A stretch of DNA of 54,447 bases. Source: Candidatus Woesearchaeota archaeon (GTDB lineage: Archaea; Nanobdellota; Nanobdellia; Woesearchaeales; GW2011-AR4). This document shows positions 1 to 8,423 of this stretch, in pieces (the stretch's first letter is position 1; every line of letters begins with the position of its first letter). The notes under the pieces were generated by a model. The model did not search any database. It was not told the origin of the DNA and saw nothing but the letters and a program-made list of their open reading frames with translations. Location: NCBI GenBank assembly GCA_018303185.1, contig JAGVYR010000033.1, positions 1 through 54,447 on the forward strand. Reading direction: 5' to 3'. Position numbers and translations under genes: made by a program.

Positions 1-1
1 C

Positions 2-124
2 ACAAAGGGAGAAAACCATGTTGGAATGTTCAACTTAACGCCTGTGCTTTATGTCCTGGAGATGGGCAATATAACTTCTGTCAACATAACCAATGCTGTT
101 GAGGCAATGATTGGGCTGGCTTAA
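2..124 (+). CDS. 3' end of an upstream gene, partial (…TKGENHVGMFNLTPVLYVLEMGNITSVNITNAVEAMIGLA*)
   Basis: Open frame from the window edge to TAA 122-124, overlapping the ATG at 124 (TAATG coupling). Confidence 0.6.
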   Translation, partial: TKGENHVGMFNLTPVLYVLEMGNITSVNITNAVEAMIGLA

Positions 125-3100
125 TGGGGTGGGAAGAAAGCTTCAATAAAATGCCAGAGAAAGGGCAGATAGGGACTGCGGCTTTCCTAGTTTTAGTAGG
201 CTCTATCGCCCTAGTTGCTGCTTTCAATCTTACAAACGAATCCGCTGCAAACGAGTCATTAAATCCGTATTTAGTTTTTAATAATACATATGTGATTTCT
301 ACAACAGATAATACATCAAATTCTACTGCATCAAATGTCTTAATAAATTTCTCAGGCATTATAGAAAACTTTACTTTTCAAAACCTCAATGATACAACCC
401 CTATTAACTTAACTACAAACCAAAGCAAGCCTGCTGCCAATGCAAAACTAAATAAAATCAACATAACAGAAGCCCTGAAAATGAACAAAGGCAAGGTAAA
501 CAAGATAACGGAGGATTTTCTCTCTAAAGCTTTCTTAAACGACACTGGAAAGTTCCTGATTAAGTTTAAATCTGGAGTGGATGCAGGTAAGCTGGAAAAC
601 GTCTCGATAAGCAAGTCTGTAAACCTTTTTGATGCTGCCATTGTAGATGGAAAGGCAAAGGATATAGCTTCCCTGCTTTCCGATTCAGAAATTGAGTATA
701 TTGAGATAGATCAAAAAGTAACAATAATAGGAGATGGAATTCCCTATAATATCAATAAAGTTAAGGCTCCTTTGGCATGGAATTTAAGCAATGGAACTGG
801 AGTTAAGGTTGCTGTGCTTGATACAGGAATTGGGCATCATTCGGACCTTAACGTTGCAGGCGGAGTTTCCTTTTTGGACAACAATTATTGGGATTCAAAC
901 GGGCACGGCACTGAAGTGGCTGGAGTTATTGCTGCTACGTTAAATAATGATGGAATAGTGGGCGTTTCCCCTGCTGTTTCTCTTTATTCTGTCAAGATAA
1001 TGCAGTATTCCACAGGCGACCTGAGCAATGCTATCGCTGGAGTTGAATGGTCAATTGAGAACAACATGAGCATAATCTCTATGTCTTTCGGCATTGAGAG
1101 CTATTCCCAGATATTTAAGGATGTTTTGCAGGAAGCTTATGATGATGGAATAATATTGGTGGCTGCTTCTGGCAATGAAGGAACAGACACAATATTGTAT
1201 CCTGCCGCTTATTCTTCTGTCATAGCAGTTGGGGCAACAACAGCAAATGATGAGCTGGCTTACTTTTCATCATACGGCTTTGAGCAGGAGCTTGTTGCGC
1301 CAGGAGTTGACATAAATACAACCACCTTAAGGGACGGCTACGGCACTGCTTCCGGCACTTCTTTGGCTGCTCCCCATGTAACCGGAGTAGCTGCATTGAT
1401 TAAATCTTTTAACGATACTTTGACAAACACTGAAATAAGAAATAAATTAAGGAATGATGCTATGGATTTGGGCGATGCGGGAAAGGACGATTATTTCGGA
1501 TACGGGCTTGTTCAGGTAAATTTACAAAGCAATAACTTTTCATATATTAATGATTCATATTACTATGAAATCTTTGATATCACCGATTATGGATTTGAAA
1601 ATGAAAGCTACTGGTTCTGGCTGGAAGGGAATGGGAGTGTTGATGATGTTGATTTCGAGGAAGGGTATTATTTAATCAATATAACTTTTCAGAATGGTAA
1701 AAATTACTTAAAACACTACAATGTTACAAAAAACGGGAAAACTTTTTTGATGGAACAAATAATATTTTTACATGATGACGACTATAGCCAATACGGTTCC
1801 AGTAATGATGGGATATTATGGAAAGATGGAATTTACAGAGTTAAATTAGATAGCGAAGTGCTTGGTGCTGATGCAGATTGCTATGATACTGACTCTGATT
1901 GGACTGATATGGAGTATTGTCTTGCAGGAACGTCTGGAGATATGGATGCGTGTGATAACCTCCAATCAGAAATTAACTGTAATACGTTCACTGATTGCGA
2001 ATACCCCGTTATCATTGGAATATACCATCCTATCTTGAATACAGGAACCATTTCTACTTATAATGTTAGAGAAGAAGTTAGTGCGTATTGCGGGACATTA
2101 AATGAAACCAATAGGGGAGATGTAACAAGAACTGTATATATTATAGATAAAATTAGGGCAAATTGCCTAAACCTTACTCATTATAATGTTGAAGGGCATT
2201 ACGGAAGCAACAACTGGGTTAATGTAGAAACACTTGAATGCACAGGTACTGCAGATCTTTGCAGTAATGATATGGTAAACTACACTACCCCTAGTTCAAC
2301 AGTAGATCCATGCGTTATCATGAATTCGTGCAGCGGCAACGTCCAAGTAATAACCCAGGACTCTAAAGGTGAACTTCTTAATAATCTTCTTGTGACGAGG
2401 GAATCTGTCTCGAATCAGACGACATCTGACGGCTTCATCAACTATAACATGACCAGAACCTGTGGCCAAGACATAGACTTTGACGTTTACTGTTCTGACA
2501 ACACGACCTACTGCGGTTCCAAGTCCGCTTCCATGGACTTTAACGGAGATTTTGACAGCTTGGTGTTTGATTGCTCCGTATGCTCAGGCGCGCCTGATTT
2601 GGCAATTGATTTAGGCTCCATAAATGCAAACCAAAAATCCGGGAATGTATATACAATAAAAGTCAACATCACAATAGACGGAAGCTTTGCATTGAGTGAT
2701 GTAAATGTTACAGTAAAAGGTCAGAATAAGGACACTGGATTGATAGAAAGGGAGAACAGCACCTTAATCAGCATTGCCTCTTCTGATAGGAGCAAATTGG
2801 CCAGTATAAATTTTGACATTTCAAATATCAATTACTTGAACATATATGTGGATACTAAAAACAAGGCAAAAGACCCAAGAGACAATAATTATGTGCTGTA
2901 TCCCTTCATCAAGAGGAAAATTGCTGCATATCTGGATATAAATACTGGAGTTACTGCTGCGAACACGGCAATAAGGAACTACCTTAAGGCTTTTGTAGAT
3001 GAGAAAAGCACGCAAGGCCAGGCTACAGTGACAATTTCTGTAGGCAAGAAGAGCCAGTTTGCTAATGTTAACACCTATCAAAATTTCTATACATTAGAGA

Positions 3101-4458
3101 ATTACGGTTGGGGTATTGGGACTGCCAATTCTGTTTTATACAACAAGAAATCATTGAGTTTTAGGCCTTATACCGGTTTAGTGGGAGGATTTAGCGATGG
3201 CAGTAATTTCTACATCTTCGCCTACGGAAAGGACATTGAGGGAGACATAGCCACTTTAAAGAAGCTAATAAGCCAATCAAATATATTCTTTTCTGAGGGT
3301 ATAGTGAACCAAGAGCGCTTAGAGATAATTGATGATTTCGATACTATTGGGATAAAAGTAATGGATATAATGCATAATCCGGAGAATCATCAGTATTATA
3401 GGCAGAACAATGCCAAGTTTGCCGATGTCATTACCAAGATATTGAACGATAATAATTTTGAGATTGCTATTAAAACTGTGATGAGCAATACCTCTAATAC
3501 GCAAAATTCTACCTTAAGGCTAAAGAACCTGAATTCAGACTTATCGGACGATTACAGAGATACAATAATTAACACCAGCAAGCCGGTAGTTCTATCGGGT
3601 GGAATATTCAGCAATCTTTTTACGTTTGAAAATGGTTTAGGTGGAGAACTGGCCAATGAAGGCTACGATGTATGGACTATAGAGCTTACAGGAGGTCCTC
3701 AGATTGAATGCGACAACTGCTACGATTATACATACGATGATTTGGTAAATGGCTTCTGGCCTACCTTAGTGAGCGGAGTTTTGGAATATTCCGGGAAAAA
3801 TAAAATTGACTATATTGGACATTCTAACGGATGTAGGGTAGCTCTGTCCTCGTTGAATGAGTATTCCAACGGAAAAGGGGATGTCGGGTTTGCCTTTGAC
3901 ACCCAAACTGGAAAGTTTGATACATTGATGGACCTTCCAGCCAATCCTGTGGACAAGTTTTTTGGGATTGGGTGTCCAGTTACTTTAAGTGCTAACTCTC
4001 AAACTAAAGAGAATATTGAGAACCTTAAAAATGGGATACCAAGAGGGAGGCTAGCAATAGCAAGCTTAAATTCATCATCTGCTAAACATATTACCAAAAG
4101 AGATTTTGTAAAAGCTTTGTCATTTGTAGGGAAGATACCTGTGATTAACTATCTCTTTGATGATAATAATAAAATCGCATTGAATTTAATGAATTTTTAT
4201 GTTGAACAATACCTAGCAAATAATTATACCAGCCCTTTTAATTTAAGTTTAAACGAAGCACATTTGTATATGGGGGATGAAGTACCTATAACTCACATTA
4301 ATACCGATAATGATGGTGCAGTCCCTATTCAAGACATATACATCTTAAATCAATCAATAAGCTCCCCATTTAAAACAGCCAATATATACCATGAAACCCA
4401 CTCAGGCATTCTTGAAAATAATAAAATGAAGGAGGATATTGAAAAGAAACTAAAATGA
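124..4458 (+). CDS. Large secreted multidomain protein: S8 subtilisin-family protease + Cys-rich/CARDB-like linker + C-terminal alpha/beta-hydrolase (candidate polymorphic toxin)
   Basis: S8 triad VAVLDTG (nt 820), HGTEVAG (904), GTSLAAP (1354) and oxyanion ASGN. C-terminal GHSNG nucleophile elbow (3817-3831), DGAVP Asp and ETHSG His. N-terminal hydrophobic segment after KGQ. Start could be 124 or 151. Confidence 0.9.
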   Translation: MGWEESFNKMPEKGQIGTAAFLVLVGSIALVAAFNLTNESAANESLNPYLVFNNTYVISTTDNTSNSTASNVLINFSGIIENFTFQNLNDTTPINLTTNQSKPAANAKLNKINITEALKMNKGKVNKITEDFLSKAFLNDTGKFLIKFKSGVDAGKLENVSISKSVNLFDAAIVDGKAKDIASLLSDSEIEYIEIDQKVTIIGDGIPYNINKVKAPLAWNLSNGTGVKVAVLDTGIGHHSDLNVAGGVSFLDNNYWDSNGHGTEVAGVIAATLNNDGIVGVSPAVSLYSVKIMQYSTGDLSNAIAGVEWSIENNMSIISMSFGIESYSQIFKDVLQEAYDDGIILVAASGNEGTDTILYPAAYSSVIAVGATTANDELAYFSSYGFEQELVAPGVDINTTTLRDGYGTASGTSLAAPHVTGVAALIKSFNDTLTNTEIRNKLRNDAMDLGDAGKDDYFGYGLVQVNLQSNNFSYINDSYYYEIFDITDYGFENESYWFWLEGNGSVDDVDFEEGYYLINITFQNGKNYLKHYNVTKNGKTFLMEQIIFLHDDDYSQYGSSNDGILWKDGIYRVKLDSEVLGADADCYDTDSDWTDMEYCLAGTSGDMDACDNLQSEINCNTFTDCEYPVIIGIYHPILNTGTISTYNVREEVSAYCGTLNETNRGDVTRTVYIIDKIRANCLNLTHYNVEGHYGSNNWVNVETLECTGTADLCSNDMVNYTTPSSTVDPCVIMNSCSGNVQVITQDSKGELLNNLLVTRESVSNQTTSDGFINYNMTRTCGQDIDFDVYCSDNTTYCGSKSASMDFNGDFDSLVFDCSVCSGAPDLAIDLGSINANQKSGNVYTIKVNITIDGSFALSDVNVTVKGQNKDTGLIERENSTLISIASSDRSKLASINFDISNINYLNIYVDTKNKAKDPRDNNYVLYPFIKRKIAAYLDINTGVTAANTAIRNYLKAFVDEKSTQGQATVTISVGKKSQFANVNTYQNFYTLENYGWGIGTANSVLYNKKSLSFRPYTGLVGGFSDGSNFYIFAYGKDIEGDIATLKKLISQSNIFFSEGIVNQERLEIIDDFDTIGIKVMDIMHNPENHQYYRQNNAKFADVITKILNDNNFEIAIKTVMSNTSNTQNSTLRLKNLNSDLSDDYRDTIINTSKPVVLSGGIFSNLFTFENGLGGELANEGYDVWTIELTGGPQIECDNCYDYTYDDLVNGFWPTLVSGVLEYSGKNKIDYIGHSNGCRVALSSLNEYSNGKGDVGFAFDTQTGKFDTLMDLPANPVDKFFGIGCPVTLSANSQTKENIENLKNGIPRGRLAIASLNSSSAKHITKRDFVKALSFVGKIPVINYLFDDNNKIALNLMNFYVEQYLANNYTSPFNLSLNEAHLYMGDEVPITHINTDNDGAVPIQDIYILNQSISSPFKTANIYHETHSGILENNKMKEDIEKKLK
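3355..3479 (+). repeat. 125-bp direct repeat, copy 1 (partner 5041-5165)
   Basis: aaagtaatggatataatgca…ttaaaactgt; 4 mismatches to copy 2 by manual alignment. Weaker similarity extends about 80 bp upstream. Confidence 0.9.
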
Positions 4459-4874
4459 AAATCGATTTAAAAAACGTAGCTAAATTAAACGTTATTTATA
4501 TTTTAATTGAATTTTTTATATTTCTTTTTGCAGCCTTAGGATTTTTCAGTTTTTTCGTTAGAAAATGTAGTGGTTTAGATTTTGGATGCGAATATGAAAC
4601 AATATTTTACATTCAAGGAGTTGTCAATCTATCATTTGTAATATACGCAAGACAAAAATTTAAGCAACAATCATTTGCAGATAGAGTTAGTAATCTCTTT
4701 TTAGCTAGTATAATACCGATTAGCATAATTAACTTTATGATTTATGAATTTACATACTCTAAACTTAGGATATTTACCTTACTAATTGTTAATATGCTAA
4801 TCATTCTATTATTGGTGATTTTGTCATTAAGAATTCATTTTAAAAAGAAATTTCGAGGGAAAAATGATAGATGA
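4455..4874 (+). CDS. Small membrane protein, candidate immunity protein 1
   Basis: 139 aa, 3-4 hydrophobic segments, very AT-rich. ATGA overlap with the stop of the upstream hydrolase. Confidence 0.75.
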   Translation: MKIDLKNVAKLNVIYILIEFFIFLFAALGFFSFFVRKCSGLDFGCEYETIFYIQGVVNLSFVIYARQKFKQQSFADRVSNLFLASIIPISIINFMIYEFTYSKLRIFTLLIVNMLIILLLVILSLRIHFKKKFRGKNDR

Positions 4875-6168
4875 CTGCTACGACTCCACTTGTTATAGCT
4901 TGGTAAACCAGTGCTGGTGTGCATTGATTGTAATGGTTGCAGAATGCCAACATAGAAACCAGTCAAACATCTTCCTTTCTGAAAGCATTGTGAATCAGGA
5001 AAGGCTAGAGATAATTGACGATTTTGACACTACAGGCATTAAAGTAATGGATATAATGCACAATCCTGAGAATCATCAGTATTATAGGCAGAACAATGCC
5101 AAGTTTGCCGACGTCATTACCAAGATATTGAACAATAATAATTTTGAGATTGCTATTAAAACTGTAAAAACGACAAATGACAACACTACTCTGAGGATGA
5201 AGCATGTTAACAGCGATTTCTCAGTGAATTATACCGATGCTGTTGGCAGCAGCAGCAAGCCTGTTGTGCTGGCAAGAGGCTTGTGGAGCAACCTCCTTAC
5301 TTGGTTGGATTTCGGCCAGGAACTGGCATTTGACCAAGAAAATGCAAGGGATGTGTGGCTTATCGAGATTACCGGAGGCCCCACTATTGACGGAGATTGC
5401 CAGCCAAATGGAAAGTATGCTTGCCCTAACTATGGATACGAAGATTTAACTGATTATTACTGGCCTGCGCTCATAACTGGCGTTCAGAATTACTCTGGAC
5501 AGAAAACTCTTGATTACGTTGGATTCTCAAATGGGTGCAGAGTAGGTCTAGATGCCCTTAAGAACTGGTCTGCTTCTGGGAAAAGTAATGCAGGATATGT
5601 GTTTGATTCAACAACTGGAAGCTATATCTTGTCTGACTTATCCACTCAGCCAGTTGACAGGTTTATCGGTGTTGGATGCCCTGGAGCTTTTGAGGGTGAA
5701 TCGGCGTTTAGCGAAAATTTTGGTCAACATGGGCAGGATGTGTTAGATTTCTTTGCAAGAAATGGAGCAGAGCATGTAACTGGAAGAGATATTGGGTTAA
5801 GGTTACAAGAAGAATGCGGATTTTTCGATATAAAATGTCAGATTGCAGCTACTAGTTTACAAGAAGTGGGAGAGAATAGAATTTCTAGAAATCTTGGGTC
5901 AGATTACTTAAATTTTATTACTAGCGCAGCAGACCAACAACCGGGATTAAACTTACAAATCCCAAGATTATTAATAATTTATGGAGAACATCCTTCTGGA
6001 TTAGAACAATTAAGCGATGGTGTCGTAACAGCAGAAGATGCGTTTGCAATATTAGCTGCTGTTAATGGCACCAGTGAAGGCATTTTAAGAGTTAATGGCG
6101 TAGACCACTCTCAATTACCGGACAACGGAAACACGAAATTTTTGATAAGGAGGAATTTAAATGACTGA
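4864..6168 (+). CDS. Orphan C-terminal alpha/beta-hydrolase cassette 2
   Basis: Homologous to the last ~390 aa of the 1444-aa protein (QSNIF.SE.IVNQERLEIIDDFD…). Motifs GFSNG, SDGVV, DHSQL. No signal peptide or S8 domain. Confidence 0.85.
   Translation: MIDDCYDSTCYSLVNQCWCALIVMVAECQHRNQSNIFLSESIVNQERLEIIDDFDTTGIKVMDIMHNPENHQYYRQNNAKFADVITKILNNNNFEIAIKTVKTTNDNTTLRMKHVNSDFSVNYTDAVGSSSKPVVLARGLWSNLLTWLDFGQELAFDQENARDVWLIEITGGPTIDGDCQPNGKYACPNYGYEDLTDYYWPALITGVQNYSGQKTLDYVGFSNGCRVGLDALKNWSASGKSNAGYVFDSTTGSYILSDLSTQPVDRFIGVGCPGAFEGESAFSENFGQHGQDVLDFFARNGAEHVTGRDIGLRLQEECGFFDIKCQIAATSLQEVGENRISRNLGSDYLNFITSAADQQPGLNLQIPRLLIIYGEHPSGLEQLSDGVVTAEDAFAILAAVNGTSEGILRVNGVDHSQLPDNGNTKFLIRRNLND
5041..5165 (+). 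repeat. 125-bp direct repeat, copy 2 (partner 3355-3479)
   Basis: Manual alignment, 4 mismatches. Confidence 0.9.
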
Positions 6169-6484
6169 AGAAAAACTACGTCTAAAAAACAAGAGGATAA
6201 AATACTGTATTATTGGGATTATTTTTGGTATTTTTGGTGCTATTTATGGATTTTTATCCTATAAGTACAATATTGGGGAATCGTTAAGTGGGATTTTATT
6301 CGTGCTACCTTACAAATTCTATCTTAAGGTATACCCTATCCTAAATTTATGCCCTTATGATACAACATCTTTGTGTGCTTGGTTTGGCTTGTCGCTAGTT
6401 GTATTTACCGCTCCCATATATTACGGAGCATTGGGGTATTTAATCGGCTATATAGTCGAAAAAATGTCAAAGAACAAAAAATGA
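6161..6484 (+). CDS. Small membrane protein, candidate immunity protein 2
   Basis: 107 aa, about 3 hydrophobic segments, overlaps the cassette 2 stop, AT-rich. Confidence 0.75.
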   Translation: MTEEKLRLKNKRIKYCIIGIIFGIFGAIYGFLSYKYNIGESLSGILFVLPYKFYLKVYPILNLCPYDTTSLCAWFGLSLVVFTAPIYYGALGYLIGYIVEKMSKNKK

Positions 6485-7839
6485 TTGAACTTCAAGAACA
6501 AGAAATTATTGGAATAGAAGCTTTCAGCTGGATAGATAGAATTGGAAACCCTGCCAGTGACATAGATGGCGATATAGCATCAGTAAAGAAGCTTGTATCT
6601 GCCAAAGACCTGTTCTTCAACCGCGATTTGCTTACGCAGGAAAGGACAACGGTTATTGATGATTTGGACTTGACAGGGATTGGGGTTGCCGACTTGTTAA
6701 GGAGCCCTTCAAACTTTCCTTATTATTCTGACAGGACATCTGATAGGTTCGCTACAGTAGTGGAAAGAATACTGAATAATAACAACTTCGAGATTGCCGT
6801 TAGGACAGTAAAAACCACAGATGGCACCTCTTACGGGCAAAATACAACTTTGAGATTGAAGAACGTGAATTCTGACCTAAGCAATAATTACAAGGATGTG
6901 CTGGTGAATGGCTCCAAGCCTGTTGTCATGTCTGGAGGCATATTCTCAACCTTAACCGCATGGGAAAACGGAAACTCCAGAAATGGGTTAGCTAACGACT
7001 TGGTGAATGATGGCCATGACGTGTGGGAAATAGAGATGAACGGCGGGACTAACACGGAATGTGATACGTGCCCTGATTATACATATCAAGACCAAGTGGA
7101 TTACTTCTGGCCTGCTTTAATAGCGGGAGTGATGAATTATTCCGGCAAGAATAAGATTAATTACATAGGACACTCTAACGGGTGCAGGGTTGCTTTATCT
7201 TCACTGAATTCGTATTCTCATGGGAAAAATAATACAGGTTACACTTTCAATTCAGAAACAGGAGAATACGATATAAGTGTTGACTTGCCAAATCTGCCTG
7301 TTGATAAGTTCTTTGGAGTGGCTTGTCCTGGGGTTTTGAATGATGATACTTCTTTTACTTCATCCACAAGGGTCAATGTAATCCCTATTATAGGTCCAAA
7401 GCTGGGCTATTTTACTATGGATTTAATATCTGATCCACATGTTAAAATGAGGGATTTTACAATAAGGGCCTTGCCCTTCTTATTGAATCGTGGTGAAATT
7501 AGTTTAGGTAATTCACTCCTAACTATTGGAACTTTAATAGAACCGAGTGAAATATCAAGAAATCTATTGGACTACTATGTCAACCTATCAGTTCAAGATT
7601 CGTCAACGTTTGTCGTTTCGAGTGTTGATGTAGGAAAAATTGAGTTATTTAATGGTAAGCCATCGGATTTTATTGTTCCTTTTGAAGATCAACAATCAAT
7701 ATTAGATGGGTTAACCATATCTGAAAAGAGCGGTACCTCTATCAGTACTGGATTGTTTCCAATTCCTCTGATAAATGATCACGCTTCTATGAAGGATAAT
7801 AGCAAAGTCAAAACAAATATTAGGGAGGAACTAAAATGA
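6481..7839 (+). CDS. Orphan C-terminal alpha/beta-hydrolase cassette 3
   Basis: Homology to the 1444-aa protein begins at DIDGDIASVKKL (vs DIEGDIATLKKL). Motifs GHSNGCR, SDFIVP, NDHAS. Start 6481 chosen for its ATGA overlap with the upstream stop. Confidence 0.85.
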   Translation: MIELQEQEIIGIEAFSWIDRIGNPASDIDGDIASVKKLVSAKDLFFNRDLLTQERTTVIDDLDLTGIGVADLLRSPSNFPYYSDRTSDRFATVVERILNNNNFEIAVRTVKTTDGTSYGQNTTLRLKNVNSDLSNNYKDVLVNGSKPVVMSGGIFSTLTAWENGNSRNGLANDLVNDGHDVWEIEMNGGTNTECDTCPDYTYQDQVDYFWPALIAGVMNYSGKNKINYIGHSNGCRVALSSLNSYSHGKNNTGYTFNSETGEYDISVDLPNLPVDKFFGVACPGVLNDDTSFTSSTRVNVIPIIGPKLGYFTMDLISDPHVKMRDFTIRALPFLLNRGEISLGNSLLTIGTLIEPSEISRNLLDYYVNLSVQDSSTFVVSSVDVGKIELFNGKPSDFIVPFEDQQSILDGLTISEKSGTSISTGLFPIPLINDHASMKDNSKVKTNIREELK

Positions 7840-8345
7840 AATCCGATGTCTTAGACAATCTGGAAAAACCAATCTACGCATCGTTTTTTATTGCATTTGC
7901 AATGACTTTTTTATTTTACACTGTTTACATAATTGGAGGAGTATTCTATAAGATCATTCCTTTCTCTTTAGTATCTTATGTAGTGATGATAATTGTCTGT
8001 AATTATATCTTGCAAAAAATATCGACAAGAAATGATATGCTAAGTAAGAGCATAGCAATCTCGTCATTAATAATCCCGTTATTCTCTATTTTATTGCTCG
8101 TGTTGGGTAAATTTGTAGGGTCGTTTAATCAAGAGACGCAGTTTATCACTCTTGAAATTGGTGGACCATTAGTTATTGTTGTGGCTTCTTTTCTATCTGC
8201 AATTTTAGAATTTAGGAACTCTAAAAGCAAAATAAGTTTTATCGCAATTCTAGCTAAAACATTCCTGTTTTATCTTATTGTATCAATTTTAGTTGTAATT
8301 GTATCTATAATTCCAATTGTATTTTTAAATCCAATAATAGGTTAA
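7836..8345 (+). CDS. Membrane protein, candidate immunity protein 3
   Basis: 169 aa, about 5 hydrophobic segments, ATGA overlap with the cassette 3 stop, AT-rich. Confidence 0.75.
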   Translation: MKSDVLDNLEKPIYASFFIAFAMTFLFYTVYIIGGVFYKIIPFSLVSYVVMIIVCNYILQKISTRNDMLSKSIAISSLIIPLFSILLLVLGKFVGSFNQETQFITLEIGGPLVIVVASFLSAILEFRNSKSKISFIAILAKTFLFYLIVSILVVIVSIIPIVFLNPIIG

Positions 8346-8348
8346 AAT

Positions 8349-8423
8349 ATGGAAAACGGAAACTCAGGGAACGGCCTTGCAAATGACCTATTATATGACG
8401 GCCATGAGCAGGAGATTAAATGA
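8349..8423 (+). pseudogene. 24-codon relic of a further hydrolase cassette (MENGNSGNGLANDLLYDGHEQEIK)
   Basis: Matches WENGNSRNGLANDLVNDGHD encoded at 6961-7020. Confidence 0.75.

Noticed and set aside
3355-5165. Diversity-generating retroelement TR/VR pair
   Set aside because: Mismatches are T/C, G/T, T/C and G/A, not adenine-specific; the repeat is not at a gene 3' end; no reverse transcriptase in the window.
6373-6480. ORF-track start of cassette 3 at 6373
   Set aside because: It overlaps the upstream membrane gene by more than 100 nt and has no homology; ATG 6481 gives the same ATGA coupling seen elsewhere in the locus.
4864-7839. Frameshifted pieces of one long gene
   Set aside because: The pieces are paralogous repeats of the same region, each complete to its catalytic His and separated by intact membrane genes.
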